This document shows, one piece after another, positions 22,876 through 37,100 of a stretch of 64,000 nucleotides of DNA (its first letter is position 1; each line of letters starts with the position of its first letter). Source of the stretch: Octopus sinensis. Taxonomy: Eukaryota. Where the stretch lies: contig NC_043014.1 of NCBI RefSeq assembly GCF_006345805.1, positions 16,678,001-16,742,000 on the forward strand, given 5' to 3'. The notes under the pieces were generated by a model. It saw only the letters and a program-made list of their open reading frames with translations. It was not told where the DNA came from and searched no databases. A program made the position numbers and the translations under genes.

Positions 22876-24180
22876 ACACACACAGACAGACATTTTGCCG
22901 TTTATATATATAGAGATATACAAGGGATGACAACAGTGTAGAATCTCTCTCATTCCAAGGCCTTCAATACAATTTCTTTTGTGATGCAGTGATGTTACTT
23001 GAATAATATATATTTACCTGGTGCTGACATACATCACCAGGTAAATGCATGCAGGTAGAATATCTAATTATCTTGCTACAAGAGAAAACATCACTGAAGA
23101 AGTTAACCAAAAGTACTCTGAGATTTTAAGTGGTGAAGTTTTTCAGGTCAATAAATAATCTGCTCAGAAAGTGAAAAATAAAAGCAATATTTGATACATG
23201 AAATCAAGGCAGAGAAAAGTCGACCTGAATACTGAACCAACTAACATTTACTTACAAGTTGTTATTTACCTTGAATTGGGTCTTCAACTGAAGATCAATA
23301 TGTCCAACTTCAAATTGCCATGCTGCTCACCATGACTCTGGCTCCGGGAATTTTCATCAGTGAGGTTAACTCCTCTTTAAACACATTACTGAAAGGCCAT
23401 TAACTTGTACAGGTTCCCCCATCCTTTGACAGGATGGAAAACTAACTATGAAGTGCCAGAACTCCATATTAATTTTCAAGTAGTTAAAGTGACTTAATGA
23501 ACCACCAGTTCCATCAACTGGAAATAATTCACTAATTGCATTGAACGTTAACTGAAGAGGGTCTTCTGTGCAGACTGCCTTGTAGTTTCACCAAATGAAG
23601 ATCATATCATCATCATCATCGTTTAACGTCCATTTTCCATGCTAGCATGGGTTGGACGGTTCAACCAGGGTCTGGAAAGCCAGAAGGCTGCACCAGGCTC
23701 CAGTCTGAACTGGCAGTGTTTCTACAGTTGGATGCCCTTCCTAACGCCAACCACTCTGTGAGTGTAGTGAGTGCTTTTAACATGCCAGGGGAGGCTGGCA
23801 ACAGCCATGATCAGTTGATGCTTTTCACGTGCCACCGGCACAGAAGCCAGTCAAGGCAGGGCTGGCATCAGCCACGTTTGGATGGTGCTTTTTACATGCC
23901 ACTGGCACAGGTATCACATCTACAATTTCCATTTGATTTTTTGATGTTGATGTACCTGACTCGTCAAATGAAATTCTGAAGATCAATATGCCCAACTTCA
24001 TATCTACCATACTACTCCCCATAACTTCACTATGACTGGCTCTGGGATTTTTCATCATTGAGGTTAACCCCCTCTTTATACACACTACTGAAAGCCCATC
24101 GACTCATACAAGTTCCTCCACTCTTTGACAGGAAGAAAAACTAACATTTAAAGCATACACTATCAGACAACTTTACTTAC

Positions 24181-24312
24181 TCTTATAGCTCTATCTCTTC
24201 CACCGGTGGCAAGCCAGTTTTTGTCCATAGGGTTCCAGTCCAGTGTGAACACTGGTCCTGTATGAGCTATTATCTCTCTATCAGGACGATCTGGACGTCG
24301 AATATCCCATTC
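24181..24312 (-). CDS. WDR24: WDR24 coding exon (WD40)
   Basis: aaatag|GAA TGG GAT...AGA|gtaagt. [44 protein letters not shown]. Confidence 0.96.
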
Positions 24313-25253
24313 CTATTTGTTTGAAAGAAAAAAGAAAAACTGTAACGCTTCTGTTACCAAATTTCTGCTGAAATATTGAAATACATTGTCTTTGCTTCAT
24401 TTAAGTTTGAAAATAATAGAGAATTTATAGTAAGACAACTTTGTCACGATTAGGCTGGAGTTTGGAATATAAATTAACATAATCTTTTGATGGACACTTT
24501 TAACGTAGTTCACTTCAAAACAAGAAATTCGTATCATAGGACAAGAGGCTGATCTCAGTGAGGTTGGTAACAAAAATGTTACTTAGCAACAGATCCAGTA
24601 GTCAGGAATTAAAGATCAAAATTTAGTGAAGTTTAGAAATGGACAAGAATGTCAACTGAAGATAATTGCAGACAATTGAATGAAATGCTGTCAATATAAG
24701 ACGACAGACATCAAAGATAAACAGCCAGCAAACAAATCACCATCATCATCATCCTCATCGTTTAACGTCCGCTTTCCATGCTAGCATGCGTTGGACGTAT
24801 GACTGAGGGCTGGCGAACCAGATGGCTGCACCAGGCTCCAGTCTTGATCTGGTAGAGTTTCTACAGCTGGATGCCCTTCCTAACGCCAACCACTCCGAGA
24901 GTGTAGTAGGTGCTTTTACGTGCCACCGGCACAGGGGCCAGTCACGCTAGAATTGGCAATGACCACACTCAAATCTCAGTATAAATAACTCGTTTTAAAA
25001 ATACAATATTGTTATCATTGCCATCGCCACCATCATCATCATTTAGCATCTATTTTCTATGCTGGTACAGAGTGAATGGTTTGACAGAATCGGATGAGTT
25101 GGTGGGTGGGAGCATTGTGCTGCTTCAAGCATGATTTCTATGGACTATAATAGACTAATTAGTAACTTATTCTATTGGAAAAGTAAATTTCTCAACTGCT
25201 TGCAATAATCAAGAATCAAAGCAAAGTGTAATAAACAAAAAACTTTTAATGAC

Positions 25254-25379
25254 CTGAACAATGCCATTTTCCAATCCGGCAGCAAAGCGGAAATATCCCG
25301 AACTATGTGGACAAAACTGAACATCACGAACACTTTCTTTGGCTGAAAATGTTTTGCTCACATCTTTCCGTCTGATGTC
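25254..25379 (-). CDS. WDR24: WDR24 coding exon (WD40)
   Basis: ttatag|GAC ATC...CAG|gtcatt. DIRRKDVSKTFSAKESVRDVQFCPHSSGYFRFAAGLENGIVQ. Confidence 0.95.
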
Positions 25380-25624
25380 CTATAAAGATAATAAAAGTCC
25401 TTGATATAGATAAAGCAGAAATATATAATCAGAGATGAAATTCAGTTGAATGAAGGAAAAGGGTTCTGAAATAATTATTGCATTAAGAAGGCTTCTAAAA
25501 TAAATATAAAAAATTACTGAATTTACATGGATGTAATTTTATAATCAATTATCATATTACATGCATTTTCAATGGCGTGTGAAATGATTCAGATAAACAG
25601 GTGAAGAAGCGGTAATGGCCTTAC

Positions 25625-25731
25625 GAATATTTTCATATCTCCATCTTGAGAACCACTGAGGAGAAGGGCAGGTTCTTTGTTATGAAATGTAACTCTGTGG
25701 ACAGTTCTTTTATGTGACATATAAACATGAT
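25625..25731 (-). CDS. WDR24: WDR24 coding exon (WD40)
   Basis: ttacag|AT CAT...TTC|gtaagg. (Y)[35 protein letters not shown] vs human [31 protein letters not shown]. Confidence 0.96.
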
Positions 25732-27705
25732 CTGTAAGGAGAAAGATTAATCGTGGTGAATGTATACAACATAAAACTCTTTTGAAAATATTAATGTATT
25801 TTATTAAAAGAATAAATAGAAATTTATTTGTTACTAGCAGTATCGCCCGGCGTTGCTTGGGTTTGTTTCGACCCTTTAGAATTGGAATTTTTGAAAAGCA
25901 AAAATTTTGCATTGTATAGCTTGTCATTCTCTTTAAGTGAACATTTTTCTGGTTGAATTACACCAAAAAATGGCGACACAGCAGTAAAAAAATCGCAAAA
26001 AATAGGGATTTTCATAGAAAAAAAGCACCTTTGTGATGTACATAATTTTTGGTGTTAACATGGTCCGATTTGATTTTTTTCTTCTACGGAATGAAGAGCA
26101 AGCCTTCTATTATACTCTCAATTTTGGTCAACTTGCGCCGCAAGTTCTCGGGGGAGATAGTGTTACTTGAAGGCTACCAAACCTGCCATACACAGACAAC
26201 TTCAGCTTTATATATAGATTAATTAATAATAAAATTAACCCTTTTGTTACCACATTTCTTTTGAAACACGCTACCTTTGTTTTAATCAATTTTAAAAACA
26301 ATGAACAATTTAGTGAAACAACTTGGCCATGTTAGGCTGGTGTTTGGAACAGAAATTAACAAGAAATGTTGATGGAAGGTTTTAATTTAAATCATTTTAA
26401 AAATATTGTATCACAGGAACAGGAGTGGTCTAAGGCAGGTTGGCATTAAAAGAGTTAACCAGGTGAGAAACATTTGTAAGGAAGAGAGAGAAACAAGAGT
26501 AGCAGATAAGAAAATTCAATCAATTGTGGTGAATACAATGTAGTTTTAATAAACATTCTAAAAAGTTTGGTTTCTTCCATTTTCGGTCTCTCTTCTATAA
26601 TGGTGTTGTCATTAAGTTATCCTAATTCTCCTTCATAAGTATCTCATTGTTTTAGTTATCAAATAAAATGTATTTGGTTTTATGATGTCTGTTTCAGTAT
26701 TAAATGTTTGGTATAAAGTACATTTTTCTTCCACTAAACACTCATTTTCTGTCAATCCCACTCTCGTATGCTCTAAATATATTTTGAAATACTCTAAGTC
26801 TGTAGTTTCAACAACGTGAATTTTAAACAGTAAATACTGTGGAGGCGCAATGGCTCAGTGGTTAGGGCAGCGGACTCGCGGTTTCGATTCCCAGACCGGG
26901 CGTTGTGTGTGTTTATTGAGCGAAAACACCTAAAGCTCTACGAGGCTCCGGCAGGGGGTGGTGGTGACCCCTGTTGTACTCTTTCGCCACAACTTTCTCT
27001 CACTCTTTCTTCCTGTTTCTTGAGTAACGCTGCGATGGACTGGCGTCCTGTCCAGCTGGGCGGGGGGAACATATACGTCACAGAAACCAGGAAACCGGGC
27101 CCATGAGCCTGGCTAGGCTTGAAAAGGGTGCATAAATAAATAAAACAAATACTGTAGCAGTTAAGTTAAAGTGACATGGAGAAGACAATAAAGTATATCT
27201 CTCTCTATATAAACGGCAGTTTGTGTGTCTGTTAGGTTGTACCCTCACCCTGACCACTGCTTTCAACCGATTCTGATGAAACTTGACACACACATAGCCA
27301 AATGTCATAATTCAAAACTAACGCAGCAAAAATTTTGAAAAGTTCCCCCAGTTCTGAAAAAAATCGAGAAATTCGACATGGGGTCGAGAATCAGAAACAC
27401 AAACCACAGACTGTCTAGGGGACGCAACTCGACCCTTTTTAACTCTCAAAAAAAATTTACCATCATTTTTTTTCCATTTTTTTGCTATTTTTGGGCTGTA
27501 ACTCTCTAAAAATGCTTTATTGTTTTTTTCCTTACAAACCCGAGCAACGCCGGGCGATACTGCTAGTAAAGAGATAAAAATCTGATTGATGTTGTTTCCA
27601 ACTGATTTTTACTGCATGAAATATTTTTAGTGATGCTTTAGTCTTGAGATTATTAACTTTTGTTAGAAAGTAAGATAAGAAAATAAGGAAAAAGTCAACA
27701 CTTAC

Positions 27706-27777
27706 AGAGCTTAGAAGGGGACTGTAAATCCCAAACTACAACAGAATTATTGGTTGCCACGGAAGCAATCTTGTTTT
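27706..27777 (-). CDS. WDR24: WDR24 coding exon (WD40)
   Basis: tctcag|AA AAC...CTC T|gtaagt. (E)NKIASVATNNSVVVWDLQSPSKL vs human ENLLATAATNGVVVTWNL. Confidence 0.93.
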
Positions 27778-29776
27778 CTGAGAAAAGAGAATATATTGAT
27801 CAATTCTTGTATTACTAAGCAACATAGGCTGGGAAAAACCTAATGTTTATTTCTTTACTACCCACAAGGGGCTAAACACAGAGGGGACAAACAAGGACAG
27901 ACAAACGGATTAAGTCGATTATATCGACCCCAGTGCATAACTGGTACTTAATTTATCGACCCCGAAAGGATGAAAGGCAAAGTCGACCTCGGCGGAATTT
28001 GAACTCAGAACGTAACAGCAGACGAAATACGGCTACGCATTCCGCCCAGTGTGCTAATGTTTCTGCCAGCTCACCGCCTTAAGAATATTCTTATACAGTT
28101 CAACTATTTTCTGTTAGTTTCTATTAATTACAAGCATACACCATCAAAAATTGCAGCTGTTTTAATTCCTTTATAGTTATAGGATTTCAACTGAATTTGT
28201 TTCATTTTGTTAAATATTTGAAACACTTGTTTTTAGAGGTTAAAATAAGAAACAAAAGGCCAGAACAGAACTGGTTTATTGCTGTAGGGGAGCTATGATT
28301 ACAAAAATTATACTTTAAAACAATTGCATAGTTACTTGCTTTTGATTTGCTATGTGTTACACTGAGAAAAGCTGCAAACATACAAAGAATTGTTTGAGTT
28401 CTAATTCAATATTTTCAATGAAATTTCAATTTGAACATCCACAAAGAGAAATAATCAAACAAAAATCTGAATCCAAGAAACATTGGTGTTCTTTGAATAC
28501 AACATACTGCTTAAATCTGTAATAATGGTTTCAAATTTTGGTACAAGGCGAGCAAGCTCAGAGGAGGGGGTAAGTCAATTATATAAACGTCAGCGTTCAG
28601 CTGGTACTTATTTTATCAACCTCAAGAGGGATGAAAGGCATAGTCGACCTCGGGTGACATTTAAAGTCAGAATGTAAGGATGAACAAAATGCAGCTAAGA
28701 ATTTTCCCCAGCATGCTAACAATTCTGCCAACTCATTGCCTTGCTTAAATTTGTAATAATGGAGAAGGCGTTCAAGACTAAATTTCAAGAAGGAATGGTG
28801 AAGGTATTTGGATGTAGATCAAATAATCCAACCATTTCAATTCAAAGGCTGTGTATAAATGTAAGAATTAAATTGTTCAAGAGAAATAACTCTAAGAGAT
28901 ATAAGAAAATAAAGAATGCTACTACTCTGCACTTGTAAATCCAGAACAACAACAAACAAGACAGTGAAAAACAGAAGACATCACACACCATACAGATTAA
29001 TAAATCCAATAAACAAATTTAACTTATTCTGAGAAATTTCACAATTGAAGCATTATTCATGATTAAGACAATGCTTGCAAGTAGAATAAAAATCATCCTT
29101 TTGTTTATTTCAAATGAAGTTGGAAGAGAGAACATATCTTTAGTTTTATTTACATGTTAGCAACTGTAAGGACCAAAATATTTACAAGGAGATTGTTATA
29201 CTGAAATGAAGAACAGGAGGGAAGATTAGGTCAGCACATGGACCATAAGTGCATTAACACCATAAAAGGAACAGTGAGAGTGTATATTATTTTCACACGT
29301 CAAGTATATCGACAGTTTTCTCCAGTGAAAGATCTAATTGAAAGACGTATGGTATATATGAAGAGAGTAAGATCAGTTTAGTGAGTACCATAAATGTAAG
29401 GAGTAGGTTCTTAGCAAATAAACTAAAACTCTGTAACTTTAATTTCATCCTTGGTCATAATCCAAATTATTTACTGTCCTAAATACTCCTGGGAAATTCT
29501 ATTTATCTATTTCTATATTTATCTATCTCTATAGTCAACAGGCCTGATCAGTCATTAATAAATATCTCTGATCACAAATAGTAAAGTAATCCTTGAGAAA
29601 GGGATGAATAAATATTTGATATTTATACTATAAGATCAATGTACAGCGATAAGGTCATAGACAAATCTGTGTTGTGATTGATTATATTGGAAATCAATAT
29701 AAACATTCCGAAGCACATTTGGCAAAGTGAGTCAAGAATTAGGTCAAAAGTTGATATTTTACTGCAGTTTATTATA

Positions 29777-30232
29777 CAGTGATCCCTCGCTACTTCGCAG
29801 TTCAACTATCGCAAATTTTTAAAATATATACATATGAACGCCTAAAATTTTTCATTAAATCCATTAAAATATTAATAATAAATATTATTTCCTAGTCTAA
29901 GAACAACAAAACAAGTGTAAAATAGCAAAAAAGCATATACAGGGGTATTTGAACTTAAGACGGGCTGTGATTGGTGCAATGGAGAGAGACGACGAATCAC
30001 AGCTTTCTATTTTGTAATCTGGCCTGTGTAACAGTAACAATCTTTATTAAAATCTAAAGTGTTATTGCTTAACAGTTGTCCTTGTTATTAATAGACTACT
30101 GTAATGGGTGGGTTTTAAAAGTCCAAATACACATTAAATAAATACTGTAAATATGGTGTCCCTACTTCGAGGAAATTCAGTTATCGCGGCCGGCCTCGGA
30201 ACCAATCTACCACGATAAACAAGGGATCACTG
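29777..30232. mobile_element. pogo/Tigger-type MITE
   Basis: TA|CAGTGATCCCT...AGGGATCACTG|TA. Confidence 0.75.
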
Positions 30233-30982
30233 TATAGATTCAGGTTTACATAAACGATCAATGGGAATAAGCTTTGATAAGAAGCATAACACACAGCTCC
30301 TGGTTCCAGTTTTTGGTTAAAATCATTTCACTTCAGATGACAGTCATAAGTTCCAATCTCTCTCTCTCCCTTTTTGCCAATCCAAGTACTGTAAAAACCC
30401 ATGTAATTTGCATACTTGTGTAATTTACACAGGTAATTTTCAGGTTAAAATTTGTTAAAAAAAATGCTTCTACTCATGAAAAATTTGTACCCAAAAGTTT
30501 TCAGAATTGCTGATATGGCCAGGACGAAAGGGTTTTCAATTTAGTTGTATTAAACATAATTGCACTGACTTATGATTAAATAACAATAATTTCTGTTTAA
30601 CAGGTATCGCATTACCAGCATATATATGTCAGACTTCAAAAAGTGGTTTAGTAAATTTATACAGAGAAAGTATGCATTATATCATCCAACATAAATAGCA
30701 GTCAACTTCCTTATTATTTAAGCCCATTAAATGAGTCAACTTCCGGTACAAATGTTTACATTTTGTTCCTTTTTTGTCAACAAAAAAAAAAGAAATTCTA
30801 AAAAAATTCTGGAAACAATCTACTCATGTAATTAATGCATTCCCTAAAGTTTATTTTTATTTTTGCGAAAAAAAGTGCGTAAGTTACATGGGTTATTACA
30901 GTAATCAATATTAGTTGTCACTGACTGATTGTGTTTTAGCAATATTTTAAGTTTCTGAGCAAAACAGTTGCAAAATACTTGC

Positions 30983-31096
30983 CTTCATTATGATTCCAGG
31001 TAACATCAGCAGCACTGCAGTTTAAGGTGTTTTTACCAACACGAAAATTTGCTTTCTCTTCAAAATTCTCTTCTCCAATTGAAAATATTTTGAATA
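30983..31096 (-). CDS. WDR24: WDR24 coding exon ending in a GC donor
   Basis: ttgaag|TA TTC...GAA G|gcaagt. (V)FKIFSIGEENFEEKANFRVGKNTLNCSAADVTWNHNE vs human [36 protein letters not shown]. Confidence 0.93.
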
Positions 31097-31221
31097 CTTC
31101 AATTTAAAGAAAAAAAATTACAAAATAAAATGAATAGACATTAAAAGACAGAAACTATAAATAAATTAACCTCTTTATGAAGTGACAGCTTTCAATAAAA
31201 GATTTTCTTAATCAAGTCAGT

Positions 31222-32470
31222 CATCATCATCATCATCATCGTTTAACGTCCATTTTCTATGTTGGCATGGGTTGGATTGTTTGACTGGGGACTGGCAAGC
31301 CAGAAGGCCTCACCAGGCTCCAATCTGATCTGGCAATGTTTCTACAGCTGGATGCCCTTCCTAACGCCAACCACTCTGAGAGGGTAGTGGGTGCTTTCTA
31401 TGTGCCACTGGCACAGGAGCCAGTCAGGTGGTACTGGCATCGGCCATGTTCGGATGATACTTTTTATGTGCTACCAACACAGAAGCCACTTGGGGCGGTG
31501 GGGGACATCGACCACGTTCGAATGGTGCTTTTTACATGTCACCGGCACAGGGAACCAGTCAGGCGGCACTGGCAACAACTCACGCATGAATGGTGTTTAT
31601 TGCATGCCACTAGCATGAGAGCCAGTCAGACAGCACTGGCATCGGCCACAACTAGAATTTCCATTTGATTGTGATTTGATTATTGATTTTGATTTTACTT
31701 GACTCAATAGGTTTCCTCGAGCACAGTATGCCACCCGACAATTCAAAGGTACTTTTTTAAATGGGCTGGTTATGCAACACTGGTATTGACTACGGCTGTG
31801 ATCTCACTTTATTTACTGGGTCTTCTCAAACACAGCATATCTCCAGAGGTCTCAGTCTTTTGTCATTGCCTCTATGAGGCCCAACGTTCAAAGGTCATGC
31901 TTCACCACCTCATCCCATGTCTTCCTGGGTCTCCCTCTTCCACAGGTTCCTTCCACTGTTAGAGAGTGACACTTCTTCACACAGCTCTTCTCATTCATAT
32001 GCAGCACATGACCATACCAGCATAGTCATCTCTTTTGCACACCACATCTGATGCTTCTTATGCGCAATATTTCTCTCAGGGCACTTACAGTTGTGTGTGC
32101 AGACTGAAATTGCACATCCAGCGGATCATACTAGCTTCATTTCTTTTGAGCCTATGCATGTCTTCAGCAGTCACAGCCCATGTTTCACTAGTGTATAGCA
32201 TGGCAGTTCGCACACATGCATCATACAATCTACCCTTCACTCTGAGCGAGAGGCCCTTTGTCACTAGTAGAAGTAGGAGCTTTCTGAACTTTGCCCAGGC
32301 TATTCTAGTGGCAATGCTCTGAGTATCCACCCCCACTACAGACTTGGTCACCTAGGTAGCAGAAGCTAACAACTACTTCTAGTTTCTCGCCCTGGCATGT
32401 GATGGAATCCATTTTCTGAGCATCTGTGGTGTTTATTGCCCCTGTGCATCTGTGGCACACAAAAGCTATC
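31222..32470 (-). mobile_element. Older decayed RTE copy with a single-unit 3' UTR
   Basis: ORF remnant ATRIAWAKFRKLL...RVKGRLYDACVRTAMLYTSETW, with frameshifts downstream. The 3' UTR has several ~60-bp modules but no 335-bp repetition. Confidence 0.85.
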
Positions 32471-33465
32471 TTCAGTGTGGTTAAGAAATTTGTTTCCTAA
32501 CTACATGATTTCAAGTTCAGCCTATTGTATGGTACTTTGGGCAAATGTCTTCTTCAGGATCAACCAAAGCTGTGCAGGTGGATAGTAGACAAAATCTGAA
32601 AGAAGCTTGTCGTGTGTGTGTGTGTCTCCTTGTCTTCACATTGTGTAGGGGTTGTGAAATGAGTGTCACTGTCATACAAGTGGTGCCCTCCATTTACAAT
32701 ATTCCATGAAAACATGCCTAACCATTGGGAAATATTAACCTATTTTGAAACGGGTAAGGGTTGGTAGTGAGAAGGACATCTAGTTGTAAAAAATCTGCCC
32801 CAACACATTCTATCTGACCCATGTAAGCATGAACAAGTGGATGCTAAAAGGATAATGGTGATGACTGATCAATCAGGACAGTTTTCTTTCAGTTTTCATC
32901 TATGAAATCCACTTTCAAAGCTTTGATCAGCCCAAAATTACAGAAGATACTTGCCCGAGATGCTGTACTGTGGGATTAAGCCCCAAAGCTATGTGTGGGG
33001 AATGAAATTCTTAACCATATAGACATGCCTTTACCTATAACCAGCAAACCAATTCTTATTTAATAGTACTCATCATCATCATCATTTAACATCCGCTTTC
33101 CATGCTAGCATGGGTTGGACAATTTTGATGGAGGGCTGACGAACCAGATGGCTGCACCAGACTTCAATCTTGATCTGGCAGAGTTTCCACAACTGGATGC
33201 CCTTCCTAACGCCAACCACTCTGAGAGTGTAGTGGGTGCATTTATGTGCCACCGGCACGGGGCCAGTCAGGCAGTACTGGCAACGACCTTGCTCGAATCT
33301 TTTACACATGCCACCGGCACAGGTGCTAGTAAGGCGACATTGGTAACGATCACACTATTCCACTGTACAAAAACTGAAGTGTGAGCTTAATTGAAAAACA
33401 TGTGAAATATTTGTAATACAATGAGAATATCATCCTCCAAATAGAAATAAAAGAATTTTTCCTAC

Positions 33466-33570
33466 CTTGACGTCCTACAATAACAACCTGATTAGCATAT
33501 TTATTAAGAGCTATAGCATTAATTTGTTCTTGAACACAATGTTGGATGGATATGGCAGAATGCTCTCTCA
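33466..33570 (-). CDS. WDR24: WDR24 coding exon (first securely identified one; no ATG inside)
   Basis: atttcag|TG AGA...CAA G|gtagga. REHSAISIQHCVQEQINAIALNKYANQVVIVGRQ vs human [28 protein letters not shown]. Confidence 0.9.
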
Positions 33571-34129
33571 CTGAAATAAAAAGATTAAAATTACACATTC
33601 AATTGTGATATTTTTAAAGTGAAGTACTCCTTGATAGGATTATGATTATATTTCTTCATTTAACCCTTTCATCACCAATCCGGCTGAAACCGGCTCTGGC
33701 TCTGAGTTCAAATGTCTTGTTTTCATTAGTTTTGAATTAAAATCTTCCACCAAACCTTAGTCACAATTTATGTTCCTAACACTAGCTAAATGATAACTAA
33801 ATTATTTTACTAAATTCTTTGTTATTTTTAAAATATTGAAAGAAACACAGAGCATCTCAAAATAAATACAGTAACGAAAGGGTTAATGCATATTTCTTCA
33901 AATCAAAATTACCAGGATATGAATTGAACAAATCAACCAATAATTGAATGCTTTATTACACAAGTAATATTGGATATCATTTTTGTAACTTGATATTAAA
34001 AGGGTTAAAATGACAACTTACAGGCATTAAAAATGGAGAACAAATAGCAAAAGAATCACCAATCTAAATAATAACATATTTTCAAATAAGAGAAGATTAA
34101 TCCCAGCTGCCGGATGAAATTTAGCACCA

Positions 34130-37100
34130 GAAACTAATTTTTCAAAGGATGTAGTTTCCTGACAGCTAACAACTGATGCAGGTAGTTTATTCCACACTTC
34201 CACAATTCTGAAAGTCATGGGTGCTGTGCTGTTTTTTGATTTTGTAAGCATGTCCATGGAATTTAGACATATGCAATTCAAAAAGGTGCCCAAAGTTGTT
34301 GTTGGAAAGATGGTGGATAATCTTGTGGGTGTCTACCAAGTCAGTTGCTAGATGTTGGAATTTTATTGTGTCTATGCTCAGGGAAGGAAGATGTTCAGAG
34401 TATGGTAGATTCCTGATGGCAGGTATTTGTCTGGTTTCACATTTCTGAACAGTTTCATAGAGGTTTCAGACTGGTGATGCAATTTCTAAGTGTGGAAATA
34501 CGAGGGGGTACCCAAAAGAAACTGGAATTTTGCAACATTATTTTACTCACTTAGATTTACATGTTTAGACTTTTATCGCCTTCAAATTATTCTCCATTTG
34601 AAGCAATGCATCAGTCCAGATGTATTTTCCACTGTTCGAAGCAGTCCTGGAACTCTTGCAAAGTGATGCCTTTTAATGCCTCTGCCAAAACATTTTCCTT
34701 TAGGGACTTTTTTCATTTGGGGGAACAAGAAATAAAAGATGCAGAGAGCAAGATTGGGTGAATAGGGGGGATAGGTAAGCGGGGTCATGCCATTTTGGGT
34801 CAAAAACTGTCTGACACTCAAGGCACTGTGTATAGGTGCATTGTTGTGATGAAACCACCACTCTTCACTTTGCCACAGGTCAGGGCCTTTTGTCTCTGCG
34901 TCTTGCAGACACTTCAGAACTGCCAAGTAAAATGTCTGATAAACAGTTTGACCAGGAGGAATAAATTCTGTGTGAACAATTCCTTTCACATCGATGAAAC
35001 AAATCAGCATCATCTTGACATTGGACTTCACTTGACGTGCTTTTTGGAGGTGGTGACACTGAATACTTTCACTGACTTGATTGCAGCTTCATTGCCGGGT
35101 CGTAGCCATAGCACCAGTTTTCGTCAATGACCCTTGAGAAAAATGGTTTCAATCAACTTCCAACTGTTCATGACATGCATTCAGTGGTGACTACTTCTGA
35201 TCTTCCATAAGCAAGCAAGGCACAAATTTTGCTGCAGTTCTTTTCATTCACAAGTCCTCACTCAAACTTCGTTGGGAGGAGCTCCAGGACACACCAGTCA
35301 TATCAACAAGTTCATCAATTGTTCGGCAATGGTCCTCCAAGATTAGCTCATGAATTTTCATTCATTCAGGCAGCTCATGGTCTCTCTGAATGAGGTTGGT
35401 CTTCAAGCAACAAGCGACCATTCCTAAAGCAGGAAAACCGCTTGTAAACTTGTGTTTTGCTCATGGTAGCATTCTTGTAAACTGTTTGAAGCATGGCAAC
35501 TGTTTCAGCCACCGTTTTCCCCCAGCAAAAAACAGAATTTCACAGAAGTATGCTGTTCCTTCATTTCAGCCATCATAAAAATCAATGAACAAGGGAGAAA
35601 CACTGCAAAGCAAAAACATACCACAAGGCAGTACAACCCCACTTGACCATGTCAGTCAGCAGACTGATGCCTGAGGCTCTCATCAAGTGGCTTCTAGTGG
35701 CAGAAGCTTGAGGCTACAAGTGGCTTGTCCCACAGAGAATGTTTCCAGTTACTTTTGGGCATCTCCTTGTACCATAGCCATATATAGCTTTAAACAGATA
35801 GCTGGAGGAAGGTACAGCTTGATGTCATCTACATAGTTCAAAATTTTAACTTCTTCATGTTGGCATCTTTATCATTAATATATGCAAAAAACAACAAGGG
35901 TCCAAGAACAGATCCCTGTGGTACATCAGATGTCATCTAATAGGGTGCAAAATGCTATCCTATAACTGTGACTACCTCTTTTAGACTGAGAATGAAGAAC
36001 TTCAACCAGTTATACCGATCACCTCTTATAGCCATTGCAGAGAGTTTTCCGACAAGTCGTTTGTGTGGCACAGAATTGAAGGCTTTAGCAAAGTCAAGAG
36101 AGATAACATCCACCCATGAGCCACTATCAGTAATTCAGGTGATGTTCCCAAGAAACTCAGTGAGCTGGCCACAGCTACTAGAGTTAGGGGAAAATCCAAA
36201 TTGTGAAGGTCAAATAAGGTTGTGAGAGTTCCAAAGCGTTTCTTATTTCTTTATTGCCCACAAGGGGCTAAACATAGAGGGGACAAACAAGGACATACAA
36301 AGGGATTAAGTCAATTACATCGACCCCAGTACGTAACTGGTACTTAATTTATCGACTCTGAAAGGATGAAAGGCAAAATTGACCTCGGCGGAATTTGAAC
36401 TCAGAATGTAATGGCAGACGAAATACCGCTAAGCATTTTGCCTGGCATGCTAATGTTTCTGCCATCTCCCCGCCTTTTCCAAAGAGTTCCAAAGTGTTTC
36501 TCTGACACAAGACACCATCAAACTGGCAATACAGGTAGAAAGACTGACTGGACCGTAGTTCACAGGTGATGTGTGATCACCCTTTATGAACAGAGGAATG
36601 ACACTGACAATTTTCCACTGCTCTGGGATAACACAGTTATTAAGAAAGAATTGGAAGAAGAATGAAAGCTGATGCAAAAGAAAGAACCGACAATGTTTGA
36701 GAATCAGACAGGTAACATTACCAAGACCAGGAGATGCATACTTGCACTTATTCTTGAGATGGCATCACAGCATTGCAGGTGTAATTGCCACAGATATTAT
36801 AGGATTTGTTGTCAGAGGTGGTGAAGATGGTATATTTGGATTTTCAGCAGTAACAATACCAGCATAGCATTCAGCAATAAGTTCTACACATTCTTTGGAT
36901 TCATCAGTAATCTGACCTGTGGGGGACTGCAAAGAGGGCTAACTGGAGAGTGAGGTCTCTGTTTCGAACATACCTGTTTCCAGAACACTTTGCTCTCAGG
37001 GTTGATTGCTATACGTTGTTCAAATTCAAGTTCTGCCTTTTAAGTCACCCGCTTAAGATGGTTAGATGAACTACTGAGCCTTCTTCGATAATTCTGTTCT

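Noticed and set aside
30940-30982. Read-through EGKYFATVLLRN resembling WDR24 ENLLATAATN
   Set aside because: It hits a stop within a few codons, and the true homologous exon is at 27706-27777.
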